From NCBI GenBank assembly GCA_015523605.1, contig WAKC01000001.1, positions 2,669 to 66,668 of the forward strand: 64,000 nucleotides of DNA, written 5' to 3'. The position numbers and the translations under genes are program-made. Numbering within the stretch: position 1 is the stretch's first letter; each line of letters starts with the position of its first letter. Source of the DNA: Candidatus Geothermarchaeota archaeon (GTDB taxonomy: Archaea; Thermoproteota; Nitrososphaeria; Geothermarchaeales; JDFR-13). This document shows positions 18,294 to 28,132 of this stretch, one piece after another. Under the pieces are notes generated by a model. That model was not told the origin of the DNA. It saw only the letters and a program-made list of their open reading frames with translations, and ran no database searches.

Positions 18294-19046
18294 CTACTCC
18301 CTAATAACACGGAGATAAAGCATCGAAGAAATACCAAGGAAAACAAAAGAGAAGACAGTTAGATATAAAACCCTATCAAGTGATAAAACCCCAGCCTGAA
18401 GAACCTCTCTCATCAAATCAGCACCATGACTTATAGGATTATACAATGCAATAACATAAATGGGTTTAGGGAGGAGTTCGAATACATCCAAAGGATAGAA
18501 TACCGTGCTGTTAAACATCAAAAGAAAATATAATAACCCACGAACAGACACATACGCATCAAAATTTCTGATAACTGTAGCCAAAAAGATTGCGAGGGAA
18601 CTCACCCCCATAGCCAATACAAAGAGTATAGGAGGAAGATACACCAACATATAAGGATCTGGAAGGGGACTCAACACAATAGCTAGTATAAGTAAGGGGG
18701 TCGAATATATCAAACCCCTAATACTACCCGATATAGACCTACCAAGGATGAGCTCCCAATCCTTAAAAGGAAGACTCAAATAATAATGATGGATCTTCCT
18801 CCTAACCTCTGCAGCCACCTCCCTACCAATCGTGAAAGCCGATGCATAGAGAGCCAAGACAACTATACCTGGAAGGAGGAAATTAAAATACTTAAACCGT
18901 ACAACCAAATTATTAAATATAATCGCAAGGATGAAGATATCAGCTAGATTCATACTTATAAGGCCGGCCATCCACCACCTATATTTAAAGAAACGCCGTA
19001 CATCCCTCTCGATAACATAAAGTATCATCGGAACCCTACCAATCAT
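18294..19046 (-). CDS. ABC-2 type transporter permease (no cognate ATPase adjacent)
   Basis: 250 aa with 6 TM segments. The N-terminus (VIERDVRRFF) parallels the second ABC-2 permease at 24711-25463. Confidence 0.65.
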   Translation of the reverse strand: MIGRVPMILYVIERDVRRFFKYRWWMAGLISMNLADIFILAIIFNNLVVRFKYFNFLLPGIVVLALYASAFTIGREVAAEVRRKIHHYYLSLPFKDWELILGRSISGSIRGLIYSTPLLILAIVLSPLPDPYMLVYLPPILFVLAMGVSSLAIFLATVIRNFDAYVSVRGLLYFLLMFNSTVFYPLDVFELLPKPIYVIALYNPISHGADLMREVLQAGVLSLDRVLYLTVFSFVFLGISSMLYLRVIRE

Positions 19047-19111
19047 CAGAAATCAATGAATATATGGATATACGATGATTAATAAACCTTTGACCACAGA
19101 ATATCATAGTA

Positions 19112-19627
19112 ATGAGGTTTAAATGGCTATTCCTAGTAGATCTAGACGGTACGGTATGGGACCACAAAGACATATCATCTCTAGAGCCACCCTTCAAGAA
19201 AATATCTGAAGACACGATAGTAGATAGCAATAATATACCTGTCACTCTAAACAGGGACGTCATAGAACTAATTAAATGGGCCTTGGAAAACGGAGCCCTG
19301 GTATCAACCCTTTCATGGAACAATCCAGTGAAAGCCTATAAGGCGATAAAAGCCTTTGATATACTTGGGCTATTCCACTACCTAACAGTAGAGGATACAC
19401 CACGCAAAGACAATATGATTAAAAAACTACTTAGAAATATCGAGGAAGAATATAAAATAAGGTTTACCCCAGAAAAAATAGTCTATATAGATGATAGAGA
19501 CATACACATCCAAGACATATATAAAAACATAGGTAAAATCCTCTTCCTACACTACTCAAAAGAGATACATTCAAAAGAAGAGGCTATAGAAAGAATCCAA
19601 GAATTTATATCGAGAGAAAAATCCTGA
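19112..19627 (+). CDS. HAD-superfamily phosphatase, MDP-1-like
   Basis: FLVDLDGTVWDH (DxDxT/V motif I), SWN motif and IDDRD motif. Confidence 0.6.
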   Translation: MRFKWLFLVDLDGTVWDHKDISSLEPPFKKISEDTIVDSNNIPVTLNRDVIELIKWALENGALVSTLSWNNPVKAYKAIKAFDILGLFHYLTVEDTPRKDNMIKKLLRNIEEEYKIRFTPEKIVYIDDRDIHIQDIYKNIGKILFLHYSKEIHSKEEAIERIQEFISREKS

Positions 19628-19662
19628 TTAAAAACATATCTCCACAGAAATATTATATTATA

Positions 19663-21060
19663 ATGACTTCCTGGGAGAAACTCAGTAAAGAAGAAATACT
19701 CAGGAGACTAGATGAGCTCTCCTCCGACGACTTAGAACCAGAGGGAGGAAAGCTATTCAGCCATATATACGACCCCGGCATAGACGAACTCAAGAAACTA
19801 GCTGAAGAAGCCTACATCAAATATCTAGAGAAGACGATGCTCAACTTCTCCATATACCCAAGTGTATTAAAGATGGAGAGGGAGATCGTCTCAATAGTGA
19901 AAACCCTCTTTAACGGGGGAGATGAGACGGTTGGAAATTATACCTATGGAGGTACAGAAAGTATATTCCTAGCCTTAAAGACAGCCAGAGACTATATGAA
20001 GAAGAAGAGGGGGATAGCCAAGCCAAATATTATAGTCCCATATACAGGCCATCCAGCATTCATAAAATCAGCACAATACCTAGATATCAAGGTACGATAC
20101 GCCAGATTAACAGAGGAATATACGGTTGATGTGGATGACGTAAATGAAAAGATAGATGACAATACAGTTGCACTCATAGGCTCCGCACCCAGCTATCCAT
20201 ATGGAACCATAGACGACATTAGAGCATTATCTGATATAGCCCTAGAAAAAGATATATGGCTACATGTAGATGCATGTATAGGAGGCTTTGTACTACCCTT
20301 CTTAAGAGAGTTGGGTGAAGAGATACCGCCATTCGACTTTACATTAGAAGGTGTAAAATCCCTATCTGTCGACCTCCATAAATATGGATACTCTCCTAAG
20401 GGGGGCTCAATAATCCTGTATAGAAGTAGGGAGTTAAGGCTACACCAGATCTATGTAAATGCTTCATGGCCAGGCTATCCACTTGTAAATACCACCGTCT
20501 TATCAAGTAGGTCAGCAGGTCCACTGGCGGCTGCATATGCCACACTAAAATATCTCGGATACGACGGATATCTAAACCTGACAAGGCAGATTCTAAATGC
20601 GAAGAAGGTGATAATAGAGGGGCTACTCGAGATAGGATTTAAGATATTAGGGAAGCCAATATCGAGTATAGTAGCCTTTACATCAAACGATATAGACCTA
20701 TATATACTGGCTGAGAAGATGAAGGAACGCGGTTGGTACCTACAGCTACAACCCGGCTCAGCACAGCTGGGATTCCCGACCTCAATCCACCTGACTATAT
20801 CACCTATACATAGTAAAACCGCCCACCAGTTTATAGAGGAGATAAAGGAATTGTCTGGAGACCCTAGGGTGTGGAGCTATAAACCCGAGATTCCAGAGGA
20901 GATATTCTCCCTAGACGATCTAGACAGGCTGATGGATGCATTAGGACTCAAAGACCTAAAGTTTAGTAGAATGGACTTGGTAAATAGGTTGATACATGTA
21001 CTACCACCTGATGTAGTCGAGACGACTTTTAGAGAAATTGTTAACGAGCTGTTTCCATAG
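19663..21060 (+). CDS. PLP-dependent group II decarboxylase/lyase (GAD / sphingosine-phosphate-lyase-like)
   Basis: GGTESI, HVDACIGGF and SVDLHKYGYSPKG (PLP-lysine context). Confidence 0.75.
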   Translation: MTSWEKLSKEEILRRLDELSSDDLEPEGGKLFSHIYDPGIDELKKLAEEAYIKYLEKTMLNFSIYPSVLKMEREIVSIVKTLFNGGDETVGNYTYGGTESIFLALKTARDYMKKKRGIAKPNIIVPYTGHPAFIKSAQYLDIKVRYARLTEEYTVDVDDVNEKIDDNTVALIGSAPSYPYGTIDDIRALSDIALEKDIWLHVDACIGGFVLPFLRELGEEIPPFDFTLEGVKSLSVDLHKYGYSPKGGSIILYRSRELRLHQIYVNASWPGYPLVNTTVLSSRSAGPLAAAYATLKYLGYDGYLNLTRQILNAKKVIIEGLLEIGFKILGKPISSIVAFTSNDIDLYILAEKMKERGWYLQLQPGSAQLGFPTSIHLTISPIHSKTAHQFIEEIKELSGDPRVWSYKPEIPEEIFSLDDLDRLMDALGLKDLKFSRMDLVNRLIHVLPPDVVETTFREIVNELFP

Positions 21061-22608
21061 CTAGGAATTCAACTTTCTATATACATCCTTCAAACTCTTG
21101 TATAGAGAGGTAAACACATTATAAAACTTTTCATAAACCCTACTCCTATCTAGATCAGGCTTAAAAACTCTATCAACACCAAAACGAGAGACAGCCTCAT
21201 AAAAATCTCTATATAAGCCTATACCTATAGATGCAAATACGGCTCCACCTCTTAGACTCGCATTTTCAGGTTCAAAAACCCTTATAACCGGATATTGAAA
21301 TACGTCAGCTATTATCTGACACCATAGATCAGATTTTACACCTCCACCAACAGCCTTGATACCATCCCCTAAAGGTATCTTATTACTGAAATACTGGAGA
21401 GACCATCTAATGTTATATGCAACGCCCTCCATAACAGCCCTCAAAAGATGTCTACTATCATGTTCAAAACCTAGGTTTATATATCCTCCCCTCACATATG
21501 GATCGTCTATTGGCGCCCTCTCTCCAAACATCCAAGGCATGAAAATAAGCCCTTTAGACCCTGGTTCAACCTCACCAGCCAAATCATCAACCAATCTATA
21601 GTCACCTTCCAACCCAATAACGGTAGATATGAAGTCTAGAGCCGAACCTGCAACCTCCTGCTCCGCAATGTAGAGATACTTACCTGGGATGCCACTCGCA
21701 AGAGATCCCATATAGTGATTAATATCTAAGAGCCGTTTTGGTACATGAGCTGCAATCCAACTGCTAGAACCTATATATACATGGGGCTCATAATCATGGA
21801 CGGCACCACTACCAATCGCGGCAGAGGTAAGGTCCCCCGCACCCACATATACAGGGATACCCTCCTCAAGACCCATTTCAGAGGCTGCTTCACTATTTAA
21901 ACGGCCAGCCTCCTCAACCGGATATCTAATCTCAGGAAAGAGATTAGCATCCAGTCCAAATCTCCTCATCAACTTCTCAGACCACTTTACCCTACCCCCT
22001 CTGGTATCAGCCAACCATGTGAGGTGGGCCTCATCAGGACTAGTTACCAATGCACCGGAGGACTTGAGTATCAAATAGCCTTTAACATCAACGAATTTAT
22101 ATGTAGACCTGAATATATCACCCTCAAAACTCTTTATCCATAATATCTTGGAAATCGGATCTTTACCGGTTTTACTGGGGGCTCCACCAGTCAATCTAAG
22201 GAAGGTGAGTAGGTGGAAGAGGTTATACCCACTAACCATAGGAAAACCGCTGAAGACCTCTCTAGGAAGACCTGCAGACCTCTCATCAAGCCATATAATA
22301 ATATTCCTCAATGGATTATAATCACGGTCTATCGGGAGAACACCCGCCATATGAGCTGAATATACGATAGCCGAAACCCTATCATAATATTCACTAGAAG
22401 ATAGTTTTTTAGAGAGTGAAACAACCTGTTTCCAGAGGACATCTGGAGATATTTCCGCATATCCATGTTTAGGATACAAAACTTCAGCCTTCTCAACCAC
22501 CTTATCAACAACGCTAAAACCCCTAAGCTCAACTATACCAGCCTTAACATTTGTAGTACCGATATCAAAGGCCAGTACATACCCATGATCCCCAACGTTA
22601 GATGACAT
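21061..22608 (-). CDS. FGGY-family carbohydrate kinase (xylulokinase/gluconokinase-like)
   Basis: 515 aa. LAFDIGTTNVKAG, GAGDLTSAAIGSG and VGGGVKSDLWCQI motifs. Confidence 0.8.
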   Translation of the reverse strand: MSSNVGDHGYVLAFDIGTTNVKAGIVELRGFSVVDKVVEKAEVLYPKHGYAEISPDVLWKQVVSLSKKLSSSEYYDRVSAIVYSAHMAGVLPIDRDYNPLRNIIIWLDERSAGLPREVFSGFPMVSGYNLFHLLTFLRLTGGAPSKTGKDPISKILWIKSFEGDIFRSTYKFVDVKGYLILKSSGALVTSPDEAHLTWLADTRGGRVKWSEKLMRRFGLDANLFPEIRYPVEEAGRLNSEAASEMGLEEGIPVYVGAGDLTSAAIGSGAVHDYEPHVYIGSSSWIAAHVPKRLLDINHYMGSLASGIPGKYLYIAEQEVAGSALDFISTVIGLEGDYRLVDDLAGEVEPGSKGLIFMPWMFGERAPIDDPYVRGGYINLGFEHDSRHLLRAVMEGVAYNIRWSLQYFSNKIPLGDGIKAVGGGVKSDLWCQIIADVFQYPVIRVFEPENASLRGGAVFASIGIGLYRDFYEAVSRFGVDRVFKPDLDRSRVYEKFYNVFTSLYKSLKDVYRKLNS

Positions 22609-22687
22609 TACAAATATTTAATGGGAGACAAAATGTAAAAATAGCTTTTAAATGATATGTTTGATAAGCTCTATCATATCATCAGCA

Positions 22688-23911
22688 TTACTCGATAACC
22701 TTACCCTTGGTCTCTGGGAGGACAACTGGTAGAGTAACCATCAATATAAATCCTACCAATCCAAATAGGAACATCGAACCCGCAAGCCCAATATATTTAG
22801 ATGCAACCCCCACTATGAAAGCACCTAGGGATAGCCCTCTAGCCACGCTGAATATAAACGAGGTGGCAGTAGCCCTAACCTCTGTAGGAAACATCTCCGA
22901 ACTCCATACACCATAGAGTGAATGTGCACTAAACGCCAATGGAATAACATATAGTAGGTAGAAGGATGCATCGACGTCACCAGTTACGAAGAAGAGATAT
23001 GCATATACGATACTTCCTATTAGCCCTATGGATGAAGATAGTATAAATGCCTTTCGCCTCCCAATCTTATCACTTAGATACCCAACCACAGGGAGGAAGA
23101 AGACAACCAATAGGGAGATGCCGATGACAATCTCACTAGCGACCTCAACCTCAAATCCATAGACCTTATTTAACAGTGTAGGGGCCCAGTCAACCCATGC
23201 ATGATATGCAAACTCACTCCCCCAGAATAGAATCGATGCAAGAATCACATATTTAAGAATGTTAGCCTCAAGAAGCTTGGAGAAACTGAATTTCCCTCCC
23301 GCCTCTTCATCAGCCTCCTCCAACTCCTGAAGTTTTAGCCACACCCTAGACTCAGGGAGATACTTGGCTAGAATCAATACTATAGGAATTGGATACAACG
23401 CGACCAAATATGGCATACGCCATCCATATAAGGGATATAGAATACTTACCGAGGCCGCGCTTATGACATACCCCAATACGAATGTGGCGTGTACAAGCCC
23501 CCCAAAGAAACCTCTATATCTAGGGGAGTAAGTCTCACTTAATAATGCATATCCAATCCCCCATGAGACACCCAAGCCGGAGATAACCCTCAAAACAGCA
23601 AGCACGAGGAAGGATGGAGCAAAGAATGTCAAAGCAGTGAATACGGAATCCCAGACAACAGAGATGAATAGAGCCATCCTCCTACCATATTTGTCGGCCA
23701 ACGCACCGAATAATAGTGCACCGGGAACAGTCGCTATAAACTGAGCCGAAAAAACAAGTCCCAAAAGATCCTCACCAACACCGAACTCCTCCATTATAGG
23801 TACGGCAACGAAGTTTGTTATCGTAAGTCCAACTGCGTCATGGCTCCATCCAATCATAGCAGCTATAAACACCATAAACTGGTCAAATCTGGAGACACCC
23901 GTCCTACCCAT
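22688..23911 (-). CDS. MFS transporter
   Basis: 407 aa with 12 predicted TM segments. ADKYGRR and LSDKIGRRK loop motifs. Confidence 0.8.
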   Translation of the reverse strand: MGRTGVSRFDQFMVFIAAMIGWSHDAVGLTITNFVAVPIMEEFGVGEDLLGLVFSAQFIATVPGALLFGALADKYGRRMALFISVVWDSVFTALTFFAPSFLVLAVLRVISGLGVSWGIGYALLSETYSPRYRGFFGGLVHATFVLGYVISAASVSILYPLYGWRMPYLVALYPIPIVLILAKYLPESRVWLKLQELEEADEEAGGKFSFSKLLEANILKYVILASILFWGSEFAYHAWVDWAPTLLNKVYGFEVEVASEIVIGISLLVVFFLPVVGYLSDKIGRRKAFILSSSIGLIGSIVYAYLFFVTGDVDASFYLLYVIPLAFSAHSLYGVWSSEMFPTEVRATATSFIFSVARGLSLGAFIVGVASKYIGLAGSMFLFGLVGFILMVTLPVVLPETKGKVIE

Positions 23912-23975
23912 ATAAAAATAGATTATAGGTTGAGGGGGTAATTGAAACTATATAATATAAAAAGAAAGGGGAGGG

Positions 23976-24572
23976 TTAACCTTGTTCCAAAAAAGCCGCT
24001 ATATGACCGAATACAGCGTTATAGCCAGTGTATAAGGCCAAGATACCTGCGATAAACAAGAGTATGATAAAGAGATATGATGAGAATTTCTTGGTTGTTT
24101 CGAAGGCTAGTAGTGGAGATAGTAATGCCGATACACCGATTGATACATACATCAACCCCGAGAATGTGGGAGCCCTCGTCAAACCATAGCTCCATATAGC
24201 CAATCCATAAAAGATTATGGGTAGACCCAACGCCGATATGCCATACAAGACCCCCCTAAGATTGAGATTATAGATGTTTGTAAGGCCGAGTAGAATCATA
24301 GCTACACCAAAGATCGGCCATGGATCGGAGAGGATTATATTGTACGGCCCTGGAAGAGGCCATGTAAAGCTTGCCCAGAGACCAGTTAAGAAGCTATATA
24401 TACCAATCAATAGATAGAAGTATCCCAACCCCCGATTAACTTCATATAGAGACTCTCCATACTTCATAGGATTAACAAAGTTGATGTATAACCAGTAAAT
24501 AGTTACAAATAGTGTAGAACCTAGTAATAAGAGCCAGAGATCAAGGAGGTTGACAAACGCCATAATAACCAC
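23976..24572 (-). CDS. DUF981-like integral membrane protein
   Basis: 198 aa with about 6 TM segments. The WPLPGPYNIILSD motif is recalled from DUF981; the assignment is tentative. Confidence 0.45.
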   Translation of the reverse strand: MVIMAFVNLLDLWLLLLGSTLFVTIYWLYINFVNPMKYGESLYEVNRGLGYFYLLIGIYSFLTGLWASFTWPLPGPYNIILSDPWPIFGVAMILLGLTNIYNLNLRGVLYGISALGLPIIFYGLAIWSYGLTRAPTFSGLMYVSIGVSALLSPLLAFETTKKFSSYLFIILLFIAGILALYTGYNAVFGHIAAFLEQG

Positions 24573-24710
24573 CGAAAAATATAACTATTCACATATAAAA
24601 TACCAATCAAAGAATTAAAATATCCTTTAAAACCTCTAGATATAATTAGGTTTATCTATAACTGAAGTTCAACAACATGTTTCGACTATATCCCAAAAAA
24701 CTAATGTAAA

Positions 24711-25463
24711 CTATGTCCATCCCCCACCCTCCATCCTCCTCTCATATAGATAGATCCCAGTCGTCGTCATCGCAATCATAAAAGCCAGTAGAACTATGAA
24801 GGAGAATATAGGGTCACCCTCACTCTGTATACCTAGACCCCATCTAAACAGTTCAGCCGCATGGGTTAACGGGTTTACAGCTGCTGGAGCCGAGTAAAAG
24901 GGTGGCATAAACGCCTTTGGATAGAAGACTGTACTGAGCCTGATAATAAAGGCATCAATCGCTCCTAAGAGTATATCGGTTTTATCACCAGATTTTAGGA
25001 ATGATACTATACTTATACCAAGGCCGGCTACCCCAAAGGATAGGAGTAATAATCCGATGGATGCCTCGATGAGGATGGGTATATCCCTAACACCTATCAA
25101 ATATAGTGTGAAGAGGAGGGGTGGAATAGTGGCTAGGAAACTCCTTATACCACCTCCTATAGCCCTACCTACGATCAACACCCTCCTATCGATAGGTAGG
25201 CTCAACAAGTAATCCACAAAGCCATGCTCCGCCTCCTCAGATATATCGAAAGCTACAAACATAGCGGTTGAATAAAGCGTAGCCACATATATTCCAGCCG
25301 CATAATAGAATAGATAGTTCTCCACAACCACAAGATATGAAATGGCGAGGCCAAATATAGTGACTTGGAGGAAATACCATAACCACCTGATAATCAGGAA
25401 GAGTTTATACTGGATAATCATCCTTACATCTCTCTCTATAACGAGGAGTAGATGGTCAAGCAT
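24711..25463 (-). CDS. ABC-2 type transporter permease
   Basis: 250 aa with 6 TM segments. Lies immediately downstream of its ATPase (1-nt spacing). Confidence 0.7.
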   Translation of the reverse strand: MLDHLLLVIERDVRMIIQYKLFLIIRWLWYFLQVTIFGLAISYLVVVENYLFYYAAGIYVATLYSTAMFVAFDISEEAEHGFVDYLLSLPIDRRVLIVGRAIGGGIRSFLATIPPLLFTLYLIGVRDIPILIEASIGLLLLSFGVAGLGISIVSFLKSGDKTDILLGAIDAFIIRLSTVFYPKAFMPPFYSAPAAVNPLTHAAELFRWGLGIQSEGDPIFSFIVLLAFMIAMTTTGIYLYERRMEGGGWT

Positions 25464-26417
25464 CTAATCCTCCTCCTTCAGCCTAGCCCCTGTATAATGC
25501 ATGAATACATCGTCCAGTGTAGGTTCCCGCATATTTACAGACTTTACCTTCACACCATTCCTAATTAGATCCTCCAATATCTGTGGTAATAACTCCTCAA
25601 CCCTATTAAGATATAATTTAACCGTAGAGTCTACGAGTTCAACCTTACTAACCTCCCTATACCCTTCAAGACGACTCAGTAATCCATTTGACAAGCCACC
25701 CTCAACCTGTATCTCCAGTATATCCCCACCAGGAATAGTATCTTTAAGCTCTTTAGGCGTTCCAACAGCCACTATCTTACCCTTATATATAATTCCGATT
25801 CTATCGGAGAGTATATCAGCCTCATACAACTCATTTGTAGCCAGTATAATTGTGGACCCCTCATCCCTCAACCCTCTAATCATATCCCAAATCATATGTT
25901 TACCGGTCACATCTATCTGGGCGGTGGGCTCATCGAATATGGCTACCCTCGGCTTCTGTATAAACACTTTAGCAATCTCTACACGCTTCCTCATACCACC
26001 AGAAAGCTCCATCGCCCTCTTATTCCTAGCCTCCCACATATTCAACATACTCAAGACATCCCTAACCACTTCCCTAGCCTTAGACCCTCTATATCCACAT
26101 ACCTTCGCATGCCATATCAAGATCTCATATGGGGTATGTATCCAGAAAAGCTTCGGATCCTGGAAGGCAATACCAATTAGAGATCTGACCTTATCGGGAT
26201 ACTTCCTAATATCATATCCATATACATAGGCGGTACCCTCACTAGGTTTTAAAACGGTAGTCAACATTAGCAGAGTAGTAGATTTTCCGGCTCCATTAGG
26301 ACCTAGAAAACCGAATATCTCCCTATCATAGATCTCAAGATTGATATGATCAACCGCCAAGAACTTTCCATAATACTTTGTTAGGCCGACAACCTTAATA
26401 GCGATGTCCCTATCCAT
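25464..26417 (-). CDS. ABC transporter ATP-binding protein (DrrA/ABC-2 type)
   Basis: Walker A GPNGAGKST, signature LSGGMRKR, Walker B AIFDEPT. Start taken at the ATG at 26417 (MDRDIAIKV). Confidence 0.85.
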   Translation of the reverse strand: MDRDIAIKVVGLTKYYGKFLAVDHINLEIYDREIFGFLGPNGAGKSTTLLMLTTVLKPSEGTAYVYGYDIRKYPDKVRSLIGIAFQDPKLFWIHTPYEILIWHAKVCGYRGSKAREVVRDVLSMLNMWEARNKRAMELSGGMRKRVEIAKVFIQKPRVAIFDEPTAQIDVTGKHMIWDMIRGLRDEGSTIILATNELYEADILSDRIGIIYKGKIVAVGTPKELKDTIPGGDILEIQVEGGLSNGLLSRLEGYREVSKVELVDSTVKLYLNRVEELLPQILEDLIRNGVKVKSVNMREPTLDDVFMHYTGARLKEED

Positions 26418-26537
26418 GTTTACAACCACAAAAACTATTTCTTGCAATATAGTCATAAATAAAGTTTTCCACTATACCAACCCAATCAAAAAAGATAAAA
26501 ATAGATAGGGATGTAAATACTAAATATATTACTTGGT

Positions 26538-26990
26538 ATGAAGATATATCTCGTACAACATGGGAAAGCCTATACGAAGGAGGAAGACCCTGAGAGAAGA
26601 CTCACAGAAGAGGGTATAAAAGAGACAGAAAAGATAGCCAAATACCTATATGAGGTAGGTGTGAAGCCAAGGAAGATACTCCATAGTGGGAAGACAAGAG
26701 CTAGGATGACAGCCGAGATACTCTCGAAATACCTAGGTGTAGATAATGTAGAGGAGACTAAGGGTATAAACCCCCTAGACGAACCGGATATCATAATTGA
26801 AAAGCTGGGGGAGATCGATTATGACGTTATGATTGTAGGACATCTACCACATCTATCCAGACTTACATCAAAATTGCTAGGCTCTGAAGGGGAGATAGTA
26901 AAATTTAGATACTCCGGAGTGTTATCACTCAAGAAGACTGAGGAAGGATATAGGATAGAGTGGTATATAACCCCCGATCTAATACCCTAG
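26538..26990 (+). CDS. Histidine-phosphatase superfamily protein, SixA-like
   Basis: 150 aa. N-terminal KIYLVQHGKA (the RHG motif reads QHG here) and VGHLP near the C-terminus. Confidence 0.65.
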   Translation: MKIYLVQHGKAYTKEEDPERRLTEEGIKETEKIAKYLYEVGVKPRKILHSGKTRARMTAEILSKYLGVDNVEETKGINPLDEPDIIIEKLGEIDYDVMIVGHLPHLSRLTSKLLGSEGEIVKFRYSGVLSLKKTEEGYRIEWYITPDLIP

Positions 26991-27026
26991 CCATATATAA
27001 CATAGGACGATAATATCATCCAATAT

Positions 27027-27785
27027 ATGAAGAGTATAGAAGAGATTTTCGATAAGAAGAGGCCCCGTCCAATTATAGGATTCTCGGTCTATGACTATTT
27101 CGGAGCAAGACTCATAAATGAATTCAATGATATAGACTTTGTACTGGTAGGGGATAGCCTCTCAATGGTATTCAAAGGTAAGCCCAGTGTAAAGAGTGTA
27201 GATATAGATGAGATGTTATACCATCTGAGGATAGTCAGTGAGACCGTAAGGAATAAGCCGATCATCCTTGATATGCCTATAGGCTCATATGAAGATCCTG
27301 AGAAGGCGGTTGAAAATGCATATAAGGCTTTATCAAATGGGGCCCATGGAATAATGATAGAGGGTATCCACATCGAGACTATGGATAGATTAAAAGAAGA
27401 AGATATTAAATTCATCGTTCATCTAGGGTATATGCCTAAATACCATGATAGACCTAGGATAATCAAAGACCATGAAAAACTATTATATGAAAGCTTCACA
27501 TGCCAGAGGCATGGTGCGATAGCCATAAAATTCGAGGCAGTAGAAAAGAATGTGACGAAAATGATTAGGGAGAAACTTGAAATACCATTACTAGGCGTCG
27601 GCTCAGGCCCATGGGTAGATGGCCACATACTAGTCCTATATGACTTCCTCGGCATGTATCCAGACTTCAAAGCCAGATTTGTAAAGAAATATATCGACGT
27701 ATATGAATTAGCTAGAGAAGCTACCGAAAAACTCTTGGAGGATATAATTAGAGGTAGATATCCATCTGAAGAGGAGAGTTACTAA
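27027..27785 (+). CDS. panB: 3-methyl-2-oxobutanoate hydroxymethyltransferase
   Basis: VGDSLSMVFKG, ILDMP.GSY, IEG, HLGYMP and GVGSGPWVDGHILVLYD parallel E. coli PanB blocks. Confidence 0.8.
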   Translation: MKSIEEIFDKKRPRPIIGFSVYDYFGARLINEFNDIDFVLVGDSLSMVFKGKPSVKSVDIDEMLYHLRIVSETVRNKPIILDMPIGSYEDPEKAVENAYKALSNGAHGIMIEGIHIETMDRLKEEDIKFIVHLGYMPKYHDRPRIIKDHEKLLYESFTCQRHGAIAIKFEAVEKNVTKMIREKLEIPLLGVGSGPWVDGHILVLYDFLGMYPDFKARFVKKYIDVYELAREATEKLLEDIIRGRYPSEEESY

Positions 27786-27807
27786 ATAAAAAAGAGGTTA
27801 AAATGGA

Positions 27808-28059
27808 TTAGGAGCAACATCCACAGCCTTTATCCCCATGTTCATGATGATGTCCATGGCCGTGTTCATGCCCATGTTCATGGTGATGTTCCATGCCAGG
27901 CATACCCTGTGGACCATGTTCAAGATAAAAGTCTGGCTTCTCCTCAAAAGCCGTCTTACATTGTGGACTACAGAAGTAGTAGATAGTACCCTTATATACA
28001 GTCTTTGCAGCAGCGTTTGAAGGGTCCACCTCCATTCCACATACCGGATCCTTTGCCAT
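27808..28059 (-). CDS. YHS/TRASH-domain metal-binding protein with a His-rich tail ending GCGCCS
   Basis: DPVCGMEV....YYFCSPQCKTAFEEKP is the YHS/TRASH signature. The tail is MEHHHEHGHEHGHGHHHEHGDKGCGCCS. Lies directly downstream of copA. Confidence 0.8.
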   Translation of the reverse strand: MAKDPVCGMEVDPSNAAAKTVYKGTIYYFCSPQCKTAFEEKPDFYLEHGPQGMPGMEHHHEHGHEHGHGHHHEHGDKGCGCCS

Positions 28060-28132
28060 TTATAACCACCTTATACATTAAATATTGTTATCAAAATATT
28101 TAAACCATTAAAGAAAAATTTGTAGTGGTTGG

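Noticed and set aside
25501-26229. Long antisense ORFs opposite well-supported genes: 5631-6206, 25501-26229, 28284-29912 series, 36521-36898, 39225-40419 series, 41884-42375, 44009-44344, 47708-48731 series, 12227-12550 and 19036-19323
   Set aside because: Each lies entirely inside a gene with strong family motifs on the other strand. They translate to Ser/Pro/Ile/Thr-rich low-complexity sequence and lack any recognisable motif. They are typical shadow ORFs.
27798-28040. Met-rich plus-strand ORF (27838-28020, MFMMMSMAVFMPMFMVMF...) and an alternative minus-frame ORF (27798-28040) overlapping the YHS gene
   Set aside because: These are the CAT/ATG mirror image and a frame-shifted shadow of the His-rich tail. 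The 27808-28059 frame carries an unmistakable YHS/TRASH domain.
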